64,000 bases of DNA from Myxococcales bacterium. GTDB lineage: Bacteria > Myxococcota_A > Polyangia > Polyangiales > Polyangiaceae. Below are positions 46,237 to 55,076 of this stretch, one piece after another. The notes beneath the pieces were generated by a model. It was not told the origin of the DNA, did no database searches, and saw nothing but the letters and a program-made list of their open reading frames with translations. The stretch covers positions 8,191 to 72,190 of the forward strand of contig JAYTOU010000086.1 in NCBI GenBank assembly GCA_043747615.1. Direction: 5' to 3'. The first letter of the stretch is position 1; each line of letters starts with the position of its first letter. The position numbers and the translations under genes were made by a program.

Positions 46237-47200
46237 TGGCGGTTGATCTTCCGATGGTGACGAAGAGGCCGCCTTCGTAGCCGATCGTCATCGACCATCC
46301 GATCTGGGCAAACCAATTTTCGAGACCCCAGTTGTCCTCCGCGGGGGTAAAGAGCTCGGGGCCCTCGAGGGGCTCGGCGCCCATCAGCGTATTCGGATAG
46401 GCGCGCACGTACTCCACGTCGTTCTCGCGAAACCAGCTCTGCACTTCGCGCAGCGTGTGGCGGTGCTCCTCCGGATGCTCGTACTGATCGCGAAACCACG
46501 CTTTTCTCCGCGCAGGCTCGGCGTTGCGCGCGCGAAGGACGGGGTCGAACGGGATGAACTTGAAGCCGGTGAGCCGGCCGACTCCGCGGCGCAGGCGATG
46601 AGGAAAGCGTGCGTACACGTTGTAGAGGCCAAGGACGATCATCCCGCCCGGCTTCACGAGCTTGGCCATCGAAGCGAAGGACGCGCGCGGGTTCGGGGTG
46701 TGATGAAGGACGCCCGAGGAGTAGACGACGTCGAACGCTCCGTGGCGGAGGCCCGGTGAGCGCAAATCGGTTTCGACGAAATGAACCTTGTCGAGGGCGT
46801 ATCGTTTTGCCGCCGCCGCCCCGAGCTCGAGAGACGCGCGGGTGAGGTCTGCACCAATGATGGTGCGATCGGCGGTGGCGAGAAAGAGGCTCATTTGCCC
46901 GGTGCCGCAGCCGATTTCAAGGACCTTCGCGTCGCCGGGAATGGCTTGGTCGAGGAGGCGCGCGAACTCGCTTTTCGCGGCCTTGCCACGGAGCCCGGAG
47001 AGACTTTCGTCCGCCGGGTAGTTCGGAAAAGGGGAGTCGGAATAGAAGTCGCGAACGGTCTCGGTGCGCGCTTCGGACGGGACACGCAGATCGGGGATGC
47101 CGTTCTTGATCTCATACGTCTCGCCGCACGATCCGCAATTCAGCGCGTCGTCGAGCGCCCCTCTGCAGGCCGGGCAAGCGAGGAGAGCCGAGACGTGCAT
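46190..47200 (-). CDS. Class I SAM-dependent methyltransferase with N-terminal Trm112-like zinc ribbon
   Basis: LACPACRG...CGSCGETYEIKNGIPDL; FYSDSPFPNY; VLEIGCGTG; FDVVYSSGVLHHT; KPGG; WFRDQYEHPEE. Confidence 0.88.
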   Translation of the reverse strand: MHVSALLACPACRGALDDALNCGSCGETYEIKNGIPDLRVPSEARTETVRDFYSDSPFPNYPADESLSGLRGKAAKSEFARLLDQAIPGDAKVLEIGCGTGQMSLFLATADRTIIGADLTRASLELGAAAAKRYALDKVHFVETDLRSPGLRHGAFDVVYSSGVLHHTPNPRASFASMAKLVKPGGMIVLGLYNVYARFPHRLRRGVGRLTGFKFIPFDPVLRARNAEPARRKAWFRDQYEHPEEHRHTLREVQSWFRENDVEYVRAYPNTLMGAEPLEGPELFTPAEDNWGLENWFAQIGWSMTIGYEGGLFVTIGRSTAIMDSGSVPRAAAARS

Positions 47201-47201
47201 C

Positions 47202-47414
47202 TCAAAAAATAGTGTAGATGAACGGTGCCAGCGCCTCGACGCTCGCCGCGGCGATGAGCACGAGCCCCGTCACGCACAGGAAGACGACGAGTGGCACGAG
47301 CCAGCGGTTTCCCTGCCGGTTCGTCCACAGCCCACGGGCGAATCCACCGATGGATGGGATCGCCGAAGCGATGGTGATCAGACCGCGTCGAACTTTTCCG
47401 TGTCTCGGGAGCAT
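47202..47414 (-). CDS. DUF5989 / SxtK-like small membrane protein (70 aa)
   Basis: LW...RWLVPLVVFL...ALAPFIYTIF, matching the recalled SxtK signature (WLxP...APFIYTLF); 1-nt overlap with the carbamoyltransferase stop. Confidence 0.82.
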   Translation of the reverse strand: MLPRHGKVRRGLITIASAIPSIGGFARGLWTNRQGNRWLVPLVVFLCVTGLVLIAAASVEALAPFIYTIF

Positions 47415-49186
47415 CAGACGTGTGCCTCTTCGTTGGAGTGCGCCGTTGCCCGCGCCTTCGAGACGATATTTCTGCCGGCGATGAGAAGGTCGATCCCGCA
47501 CCGTCGGAACGTGGAGTAGCCCTCCACGGCCCGAGTGACGATGGGCTCTCCGGCCAAGTTGAACGAAGTGTTGAGAAGGATCGGGATCCCCGTCTGCGCG
47601 CCGTAGCGCTGGAGGAGGGCGTAAAATTTGGGCGCTTTCGATTGTTCGACGGTCTGCACTCGGGCGGTGCCGTCGGTGTGGGTGACGGCGGCGAGCTTCT
47701 CGCGCCACTCGGGCTTCACCGGGAAAACGCCGGACATGTAGCGACCGAGAGCGGCTCCGCCCGGGGGTAGCTCGAAGTAGCGATCGGCCAACTCCATCGG
47801 GACGGCGGGCGCGAACGGACGAAACTCTTCGCGGTACTTTATCTCGCGGTTCAAGCGATCTTTCATCTCTGCGCTGTGCGGCGCCGCGAGAATGCTGCGG
47901 TTGCCGAGCGCGCGCGGGCCGAGCTCTGCGGCTCCGTCCATCCAGCCGATGATCTTCCCCTGGGCGAGCTCCATCGCCGTGCGATCGAGGAGTGCTTCGT
48001 CGCTCACCATGGTCTCGAGCGTGAGGCCGTCTTCCGTTGCCACCCGCGCGAGCTCGTCGGCGTCGACGCCGGGGCCCCAGTACGGATGCTCGGGGAGCTC
48101 GCGATCGGGCTGACCAAAATGAACGCGATCGGCGTAGAGCGCGGCGCCGAGCGCGCACCCGCTGTCTCCGGGGGAGGAAGGCACGTAGAGGTTCTTGAAG
48201 CCGGATTCCCGTAAGATGCGAGCGTTCGCGCAGCCGTTCAAAGCCACGCCACCGCCGAAGCAGAGGTCATCCATCCCCGTCTCTTCGTGGAGCGCTTTGG
48301 TGAGCTCGACCAGCGTGTCCTCGAGCACGCGCTGGACGCTTGCCGCGATGTCGGCGTAGCGCCCGCCCTCTTTCGTCGTCGGGTCGAGGGGCTCGTGCGC
48401 GGCGCGCGGGCGTCCGAAGAGGTCGACGAACTTGGACGAGAACGAGCGCTTCGCCGAGGTGTGAAAATCGAAGTAAGACAGGTCGAGCGCGAATGCGCCC
48501 TTCGGTGCGGACACGATGACCTTTCGAACCTCGGCCTCGAAGATGGGCTTTCCGTACGACGCGAGGCCCATCACCTTGTACTCGCCCTCGTTCACCTCGA
48601 AGCCTAAAAATGCGGTGAACGTGGAGTAGAGCATTCCGAGCGAGTGCGGAAAACGCAGCTCGCGGAGGAGCTCGATGCTCACCTTCCCGTCTGCATTTCG
48701 TTCGCCGGTGCCGACAGAGAGGGTGGCCCATTCCCCGACGCCGTCGGCGGTGAGGATGGCGGCGCGCTTGCTCGGGGAGGTGAGGAACGCAGTGGCCGCG
48801 TGCGATTGATGATGCTCGGTGAAGAGGATCTTGCTCCCCGAAATTCCGAGGTGGCCGGCGATGATCCCCTTTACCCAGAGCTTCTCGGCGAGCGAATTTT
48901 TCATCGCCTTTGGAAAGCTTCTCCAGGAGTAGGGAAACGCGCGTAGAGCGCAGGTGAGAATGCGCTCGAACTTTAGCATCGGCTTCTCGTAGAAGACGAC
49001 GGCGTCGAGCTGACCGGGCTCGAGCTTCGCTTGGTCGAGGCACCACTCGATCGCCAAGAGGGGGAACGCTGCATCGTTCTTGCGGCGTGAGAGCCGCTCT
49101 TCTTGCACCGAGCAGAGAAGCGCGCCGTCGATGAGGAGCGCGGCCGCCGAGTCGTGATAGTGGGACGAGATGCCGAGAATTTTCAC
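47414..49186 (-). CDS. Carbamoyltransferase (NodU/CmcH/SxtI family)
   Basis: ILGISSHYHDSAAAL, EERLSRRK, EHHQSHA, DGVGE, HSLGMLY, GEYKVMGLASYG, GGVALN, GPRALGNRSILA, KYREEFRPFAP, HTDGTARVQTV, LNTSFN..GEP. Confidence 0.95.
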   Translation of the reverse strand: MKILGISSHYHDSAAALLIDGALLCSVQEERLSRRKNDAAFPLLAIEWCLDQAKLEPGQLDAVVFYEKPMLKFERILTCALRAFPYSWRSFPKAMKNSLAEKLWVKGIIAGHLGISGSKILFTEHHQSHAATAFLTSPSKRAAILTADGVGEWATLSVGTGERNADGKVSIELLRELRFPHSLGMLYSTFTAFLGFEVNEGEYKVMGLASYGKPIFEAEVRKVIVSAPKGAFALDLSYFDFHTSAKRSFSSKFVDLFGRPRAAHEPLDPTTKEGGRYADIAASVQRVLEDTLVELTKALHEETGMDDLCFGGGVALNGCANARILRESGFKNLYVPSSPGDSGCALGAALYADRVHFGQPDRELPEHPYWGPGVDADELARVATEDGLTLETMVSDEALLDRTAMELAQGKIIGWMDGAAELGPRALGNRSILAAPHSAEMKDRLNREIKYREEFRPFAPAVPMELADRYFELPPGGAALGRYMSGVFPVKPEWREKLAAVTHTDGTARVQTVEQSKAPKFYALLQRYGAQTGIPILLNTSFNLAGEPIVTRAVEGYSTFRRCGIDLLIAGRNIVSKARATAHSNEEAHV

Positions 49187-49189
49187 GTG

Positions 49190-49987
49190 TTAGTATTGCG
49201 AGGTGAGTGAGCCCTTGAGACGGGGCGTTGACCAACCCTCGAGCTCCTGCCGCGCCGCACGCTTCGCGAGGAGTGCAAAGAGCGGAAGCACGACGAAGTA
49301 CTGGACGGTCAGCATGACTCCGCCGAGCACGTTGGCGACGGCGGTCGCCAGGCGAAGGTAGCCTCTCCACACGCGCACGAGGCGCGCCCACCACAGCTCG
49401 ACGCCGTGCCTTTTCGGAGAGACGCGCTTCAGCTGGGCGTAGGTGTAGTTCATGTGAAATGCCTCGTCGCGCAGAATTTCGCCGAAGACGTCGCGCGTCG
49501 TTGGGTCGACGCCGAGCACCTCGTGGTACACCGCGAAACGCCGAGCCGCAGCCTTCTCGGAGAGATGCAGGAAGGCAAGGAGCGACTCCTCCTTTTCCTT
49601 GTCGACGTGCAAGTCGTCGAGGCCGCGCTCACCGGGAGAGAACCAGTTCGCCTGGAACCCGGCAGGACCTTCAGCCCGGGGGAGCGCGGCGAGGATGGCC
49701 CGTCCGCGAACACGAAACAGGTTCGCGTGGCGCTGCTCGTCTTCCGAGTGCCGCAGGTAGAGGCGGCGGAGGAGCGCGTCAGACGTGAGCTCAGCTGCTC
49801 GGCAGAGGTCGCGACCGCCGTCGGCCTCCGTCTGCGCGAACATGAGCAGCTTTCGCCCGCGGCGCTCGGCGTCGCGCCAGACCCACCGATGCACGGGAAA
49901 AAGAAGCCGATCGAGGCCCGCAGGCCTGACCACCGATTTTGCGAGGACGGGGGCGGCTCCGTTCGCATGGGTTACGACGTCGCTCAT
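49190..49987 (-). CDS. Ferritin-like diiron protein with C-terminal SxtJ-like membrane segment
   Basis: Paired E...ExxH motifs (QTEADG, DEQRH, LSEKAA, DEAFH); C-terminal hydrophobic segment W..YLRLATAVANVLGGVMLTVQYFVVLPLFALL...W...R..SLTSQY. Confidence 0.75.
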   Translation of the reverse strand: MSDVVTHANGAAPVLAKSVVRPAGLDRLLFPVHRWVWRDAERRGRKLLMFAQTEADGGRDLCRAAELTSDALLRRLYLRHSEDEQRHANLFRVRGRAILAALPRAEGPAGFQANWFSPGERGLDDLHVDKEKEESLLAFLHLSEKAAARRFAVYHEVLGVDPTTRDVFGEILRDEAFHMNYTYAQLKRVSPKRHGVELWWARLVRVWRGYLRLATAVANVLGGVMLTVQYFVVLPLFALLAKRAARQELEGWSTPRLKGSLTSQY

Positions 49988-50142
49988 CGCGCCCCAACGT
50001 TAGCGCACAATGGAAGTGCCTGGAACGGCGCCGTCACGCGGGCTGCACGATTCCCGTGGAGAGCGCGCCCGCCCGGCAGAGTTTTCCACGGCCATCTGAG
50101 ATGCGTGAAATTCGAACTAGTACCCGCGTGGCAGGTGAAGGC

Positions 50143-50583
50143 TCAGAAGGGGGAGATGTCGGTCCAGTTCGCGTCGTGAGCGAAGGTTTCGACCACGCCA
50201 GGCGCAGCCGATTTACCGACCACCATGCGTCGCCAGGAGTGGTCGGTGAACGTCGGAGGGGAGCCGGGGGTCGGCGGCGCGTACGCGGTGCTTCCGTCGG
50301 CAGGGGTGTGATCGCAATAGAAGTCGACGCGGTAGCTGGTGCCGTCGTCGAGGACGGCGGGGATGGTGAAGCTCGCCAGCCCTTGGGGGTCGACCATCGT
50401 CATTTGCGACGCGATGGTGGTCGTTCCCGCGGCGTTCTTGATCTTCAGGAACACAGGCTCGTTCGCGTGAGGCGCGTAGCCGGTCAAGCTCAGTTTGTAA
50501 TCGCCCTTGGCGCCCGTCGAGGACGTGCTCGAGCTGCTGCAGGCGGTGAGAATCAACAGCGAAAAAAGTGCCTTATAGTTCAT
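50143..50583 (-). CDS. Hypothetical lipoprotein, His/Asp-containing beta domain
   Basis: Lipobox ILTAC; motifs YAPH, YRVDFYCDH, DHSW, FAHDANWTDI. Confidence 0.7.
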   Translation of the reverse strand: MNYKALFSLLILTACSSSSTSSTGAKGDYKLSLTGYAPHANEPVFLKIKNAAGTTTIASQMTMVDPQGLASFTIPAVLDDGTSYRVDFYCDHTPADGSTAYAPPTPGSPPTFTDHSWRRMVVGKSAAPGVVETFAHDANWTDISPF

Positions 50584-50721
50584 CGAGGGATTCCATCGGA
50601 TAGAGGCGGCCTCGTCAACCGCGAAAACTCGCCGCAGCGCTATCCAACTATCGTGACCGCCGCGGACCTTGTAGTCTCAAAGCCTGCGAATGACGGGCCG
50701 CAACCTCGAAAACACGAAACG

Positions 50722-53163
50722 ATGACCGACGCAAAAGCCCGCGTGGGCAGTGTTCTGAAAGGGAAGTGGCGCCTCGAGAAGCTCCTTGGGCTTGGCGGGA
50801 GCGCTGCGGTCTACCAAGCGTCGCACGTCAACAACGGCAAGCGCGCCGCCGTAAAGGTCCTTCACGCAGAGCTTTGTGCTCACGCCGAGCTCGTCGCGCG
50901 TTTTCTCAAGGAAGGTTATTTCACCAACAAGATCGGTCATCGCTGCGCGGTGTCGGTCATCGACGACGATCGCGCAGAGGACGGTGCCGTCTATCTCGTG
51001 ATGGATCTTCTCGAAGGGCACTCGCTCGACAAGTACACGCGCAACAAGGAGCGGCTCCCTCTCTCCGAAATTCTCCGCGTGGCCGACGAGGTCCTTGATC
51101 TCCTCGCCGCCGCCCACGACGCGGGAATCATCCATCGCGACATCAAGCCGGAGAACATCTTCCTCACCAAGGATGGCTCGATCAAGGTCCTCGATTTCGG
51201 TATTGCGCGCTTGGCCGAAGCACCGACCGATGGATCGGGAACGCAGCTCGGCACGGGAATCGGTACGCCGTCGTACATGCCGCAAGAGCAGGCGCGCGGG
51301 CGGTGGAATTTGCTCGACGGTCGCTCCGATATCTATGCGATGGGCGCGACGATGTACGGGCTCTTCATCGGAGCCAAACCACGCCAAGCAGAGACGATCA
51401 ACGAAGAGCTGCTCATGGCGATGACCTCGCCCATGAAGCCGATGTTAGAAGCCGCGCCGGAGGTGCCCGCCGAGATCGCGGCGGTGATCGACCGCGCGCT
51501 GGCTTTCGAGATGGGCGCGCGCTGGACGAATGCGCGATCGATGCAGGACGCGCTTCGTAAGGTGTTGGCGCCCTCGCTCACGATTTCCCAGCTGGTTCCG
51601 GTTGCGCCGCCGGTTCCCGTGCCGCCTTCCTCTCCGCCCGCCGTCATGCCTTTGCCGCCTCCTTCCATCCCGATCGCTCTGCCGCGCGCGCCCAGCTATT
51701 CTCCGCCCCGCGCTGCGGGGATGAACATGCCGACCCCGATCGGACAGATGACTCCCCAGCCGCCGCCTCCGCCGCCGCCGCCGCCCGCGCCGAGCGCAGT
51801 GAGTCCTGCCCAAGTCCGCGTCCCGGGGCGCCCCCTCTCCCTTTCACGCCTGCGTTCGGGGAGCGTGTCGCAGCGCGTCTCCGGGACCCTCAGCCGTACG
51901 CCCGCCTTCACCTCGCCGTGCAATCGACTCACGCTCAGCCACCACGCGCAGTACGGGTTCACGCTCATCGGGAGTCACTTGCCCCCCGACGACTCGCCGC
52001 GCCTGCGTGCATACAGCCTCCAGCAAAAGCGCGTCGCCTGGGAAGCGATGGAAGGCGAGGACTGGCTCAAGGACCTGAAGCACATGAGCGTGATCGGGAG
52101 CAACGTCTTCGTCCCCCAGAACACGAACGTCACGTGCTTCGATCTCGCGACCGGTCAGCAGCGCTACGTGTGCCGCGTCCCCGAGAGGCTCGACATCAAG
52201 AGCGGCGGCGCGGATCAAGGCGCATCGATCGTCGAGGCAGGCGGCTTGATCCTGATGAAGACGGTGGGGCGAACGGTCATCGCGTTCGATCCACAGACGG
52301 GCAGGGAGCGGGCGCGGCGGCAGTTCCCCAACCCGGTGGACCTCTTCGTTCTCGACGGAGGGCAGCTCTTTGCCCGTTACGAGACCGAGGGCAAAGATGC
52401 CCGAGGGTTGCTTGAGTTCTTGAACCCCGCGACGCTCGAGAAGGCCACCGTCCTCGGGAAATCGTGGACGAACAACGAACGCGCGAGCATCGTCGAGGTC
52501 ACGGTTGCGGGGCCCGCGCTCATCGCCCGCGTCGACAACTGGGGGCTCCTCGCATCGAAAGGAGTCGCCGTTCTCGATGCGGCCTCGGGGCGTGAGCAGC
52601 ACTTTGAGCGCGTGAGGAACCTCGACGACGTGGTCATCCCCACCCAGGGCGCGGGCCGCATCTACTACGTCTCCAACCCCGGTCCGCAGCAGCAAATCAA
52701 CGGAGCGCCGGGCGGGCTTCGCACCGGTGTGCCCCTCCCCAACCACCGGGCGATCGCGATGTTCATCGCGAACACCGTGCTCTTCCTGGTCCTCGAAGAA
52801 AACGGAACCGGCGTGCGTCGCCTCGTCGGGCTCGACCCGTCGACACTCGCGCCAAAGGTTCAGTTCGGCACGCTCGCCGCCTCGAGCGCGTCGGCCCGCC
52901 TCCAGCCCCGCGATCAAGCGAGGCACGTGATCGCTGCCGGGAACCTCGCCTTCTTCGTCCTCGAACGCGGCGATGGAAGCGCCGACGGTGAGCTCTATGC
53001 AGTCGACACCACCACCGGCACGGCGGTGTGGACCCGCTCTACGCGCGACATCGGGTCGATCGAAGACTTCTTCTTCCTCGGCGGGTACCTCGTGCTTTGC
53101 GCCGCAGCGTCGCTCATGATCCTCGATCCGATGCGCGGCACCACCCTCGCGGAGTATCCCTAG
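50722..53163 (+). CDS. Hanks-type Ser/Thr protein kinase with Pro-rich linker and PQQ-like beta-propeller C-terminus
   Basis: LGLGGSAAVY, AVKVL, HRDIKPEN, DFG, GTPSYMPQE; poly-Pro linker; repeats CFDLATGQ, AFDPQTG, LDAASG, AVDTTTGTAVW; no evident TM. Confidence 0.9.
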   Translation: MTDAKARVGSVLKGKWRLEKLLGLGGSAAVYQASHVNNGKRAAVKVLHAELCAHAELVARFLKEGYFTNKIGHRCAVSVIDDDRAEDGAVYLVMDLLEGHSLDKYTRNKERLPLSEILRVADEVLDLLAAAHDAGIIHRDIKPENIFLTKDGSIKVLDFGIARLAEAPTDGSGTQLGTGIGTPSYMPQEQARGRWNLLDGRSDIYAMGATMYGLFIGAKPRQAETINEELLMAMTSPMKPMLEAAPEVPAEIAAVIDRALAFEMGARWTNARSMQDALRKVLAPSLTISQLVPVAPPVPVPPSSPPAVMPLPPPSIPIALPRAPSYSPPRAAGMNMPTPIGQMTPQPPPPPPPPPAPSAVSPAQVRVPGRPLSLSRLRSGSVSQRVSGTLSRTPAFTSPCNRLTLSHHAQYGFTLIGSHLPPDDSPRLRAYSLQQKRVAWEAMEGEDWLKDLKHMSVIGSNVFVPQNTNVTCFDLATGQQRYVCRVPERLDIKSGGADQGASIVEAGGLILMKTVGRTVIAFDPQTGRERARRQFPNPVDLFVLDGGQLFARYETEGKDARGLLEFLNPATLEKATVLGKSWTNNERASIVEVTVAGPALIARVDNWGLLASKGVAVLDAASGREQHFERVRNLDDVVIPTQGAGRIYYVSNPGPQQQINGAPGGLRTGVPLPNHRAIAMFIANTVLFLVLEENGTGVRRLVGLDPSTLAPKVQFGTLAASSASARLQPRDQARHVIAAGNLAFFVLERGDGSADGELYAVDTTTGTAVWTRSTRDIGSIEDFFFLGGYLVLCAAASLMILDPMRGTTLAEYP

Positions 53164-54407
53164 ATCTCCTTCTTTTCGAGGGGCATCATGCGTTTAACGA
53201 TGAGGCCTACGGCAAGAAATCCGGCGGCGACGATCCATTCGCGGCCGCGCGCCGCAGTGAGGAGAGCGACGCTCACCACGATCGTCGGAGCCGCGGACCA
53301 CGCACGCGCTGGGCTGAGGCCGAGCTCGCGTCGCCACCCGATGCGCGCCAGAGCAAGTGCCACCAGCAAGTACTGGGTGACGACCGCCAGGCTCGACAGC
53401 ACGAAGAGCTCGGCGAGATCCCCGAGCGACACGATCGCTCCGACCAGGAGAAACGTCACGAGCAGGGCGGCTCGCGGAACGCCCGCTTCCGACATGCCCG
53501 AAAATCGGGTGCCTCGGGCGAGCGCGGCGAGGTAGCGCGGCGTCGTCACCATCATGCCGAGCGCGATACCGAGCGCAGACACGCTCGCGCCGACGCGGAG
53601 CACCTCGGCGAAGCGGTGGCCTCCGTAGACGAAGGCTGCATCGACGAGCGGAGCGGCGGAGGTTGCGAGCCCGGGCACGGCGACGACGGCGGCTCGCTGC
53701 ACGGCGATGTAGAGGAGCGTAGCCAGGGCGAGCGAGCCGAGGACGGCGATGGGGATCGTGCGCGTGGGTGTTTTGGCGTGCCCGGCGATCACCGGAACGA
53801 CCTCGAATCCCTGGTAGACGAACGTCGTCAGGAGAGCTGCGCGGAGCCACGAAACGTCACCGGTCACCGGGAGAGTCGCACCTACGGGCGACGCCCGAAC
53901 GATCGCCGCCGCGGCGATGAGGCCGACCAGCGGCAGGAGCTTGAGAAGCGTGAGCGTCGTCCACGCCCGCGCGGAGAAGCGGAGTCCCGCGATGCAAGCC
54001 AGGGTGACCGCCGACAAGACGAAGAGCGCCGCGCCTCGAACACCCAGAGGATTCCTGTAGACTGCAGGCATCAGGGCGCGCGTCAATCCCGCCACGATCG
54101 CCGCGGTGCTGAAGAGCGAGCTCACGTACGCTAGCCACCCCACCACGAAGCCCGCCGAGTCACCGAAGGCGTGGCGCGCGTAGAGGACGGGACCGCCGTC
54201 GGCTTCGAAGCGGCTCCCGAGCGTGGCCACGGCGACGGCGACCGGCACGAGAGCGATTCCCGTCGCGGCCACCACAGTCACGCTTGCGCCTCCGGGTGCG
54301 AGCTGCGCGATGTCCGCAGGCGCAAAGAAAATACCCACGCCGACGATGCCATTCACGCCAAGCGCGAGGAGAGCGAGCGTTCCGAGCGACTTCGTCTGCG
54401 CGGTCAC
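53160..54407 (-). CDS. APC-family amino acid permease
   Basis: LGVNGIVGVGIF..P, GGPVLYA..AFG...GFVVGW, KLLPL, YQGFE, PRYL; about 12 TMs. GTGA overlap with the GNAT gene. Confidence 0.88.
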   Translation of the reverse strand: MTAQTKSLGTLALLALGVNGIVGVGIFFAPADIAQLAPGGASVTVVAATGIALVPVAVAVATLGSRFEADGGPVLYARHAFGDSAGFVVGWLAYVSSLFSTAAIVAGLTRALMPAVYRNPLGVRGAALFVLSAVTLACIAGLRFSARAWTTLTLLKLLPLVGLIAAAAIVRASPVGATLPVTGDVSWLRAALLTTFVYQGFEVVPVIAGHAKTPTRTIPIAVLGSLALATLLYIAVQRAAVVAVPGLATSAAPLVDAAFVYGGHRFAEVLRVGASVSALGIALGMMVTTPRYLAALARGTRFSGMSEAGVPRAALLVTFLLVGAIVSLGDLAELFVLSSLAVVTQYLLVALALARIGWRRELGLSPARAWSAAPTIVVSVALLTAARGREWIVAAGFLAVGLIVKRMMPLEKKEI

Positions 54408-54988
54408 CCTCGGAGCATAGCCGCTAGCTTGACCTTTACGTCTGGCCACTCGCTATCGAGGATGCTGAAGACGACCGAGTCGCGCAGAGTGCCGCCGCGG
54501 ACGATGCGCTGCTGGCGGAGGATCCCCTCTTGCTGGGCCCCGAGCCTTCCGATGGCCTTGCGCGAGCGCTCATTTTTCACGTCGGTGCAAAACTGCACGC
54601 GGATGCAGTACCGCTTCTCGAAGGCGTGCTGGAGGAGGAGGAATTTGCACTCGGTGTTCACGCGGGTGCGCCACACCGACCGCGCGAGCCAGGTGTAGCC
54701 AATCTCCAGGTTGCGGTGCTCACGCCTGATGTCGAAGTAGCGCGTGCATCCCACGAGTCGCCCGCTCGCGCGCTCGACGACGGTGAACGGTACAGCGTTG
54801 TCTGCGTCGCGCTCGCGGATGGCATGCTCGCCAAACGCGCGAACCTGCTCGATCGTCGCGAGCGAGGTCGACAGGTGCCGCCAGACCAATTCCTCCTTGG
54901 CGACTTCGGCAAGCGCGTTCAGATGGTCGAGCTCGAACGGGATCAAGCTCACCGCCGTGCCTTCGAGAGTGATGGGCTCGTCTTGCAT
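54404..54988 (-). CDS. GNAT N-acetyltransferase (RimL/RimJ-like)
   Basis: PITLEG..VSL.P, LVGCTRY, LEIGYTW...WRT.VNTECK.LLL..AFE, TDVKNERSRKAI.RLGA..EGILR, RDSVVFSILDSEW. Confidence 0.92.
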   Translation of the reverse strand: MQDEPITLEGTAVSLIPFELDHLNALAEVAKEELVWRHLSTSLATIEQVRAFGEHAIRERDADNAVPFTVVERASGRLVGCTRYFDIRREHRNLEIGYTWLARSVWRTRVNTECKFLLLQHAFEKRYCIRVQFCTDVKNERSRKAIGRLGAQQEGILRQQRIVRGGTLRDSVVFSILDSEWPDVKVKLAAMLRG

Positions 54989-55006
54989 GCGAAAGAAGTG
55001 CAGGAA

Positions 55007-55055
55007 ATCTGGTCTGGGATAAAGATCCAGAAATGACATTTCTGCTAGACCAGAT
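55007..55055. promoter_or_regulatory. Nested inverted repeats in the divergent intergenic region (candidate operator)
   Basis: ATCTGGTCT (55007-55015) pairs with AGACCAGAT (55047-55055); inner CAGAAATG-A-CATTTCTG (55028-55044). Confidence 0.55.
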
Positions 55056-55076
55056 GCGCTGATGCTACGGTCGCCC

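Noticed and set aside
46190..49987. Saxitoxin biosynthesis cluster
   Set aside because: Only sxtI/J/K-like components are present; no sxtA, sxtG, sxtB or other core genes.
50006..50022. Sigma-54-like site (AGGCACTTCCATTGT, minus strand) upstream of the ferritin-like gene
   Set aside because: The -12 element is GT rather than GC and the site is very close to the start codon; too weak to call.
49939..50721. N-terminal extension of the kinase ORF, and similar extensions of the lpxB, mvaD, mvaA and VWA ORFs
   Set aside because: They overlap other real genes and have non-protein-like composition; downstream starts fit the domain boundaries.
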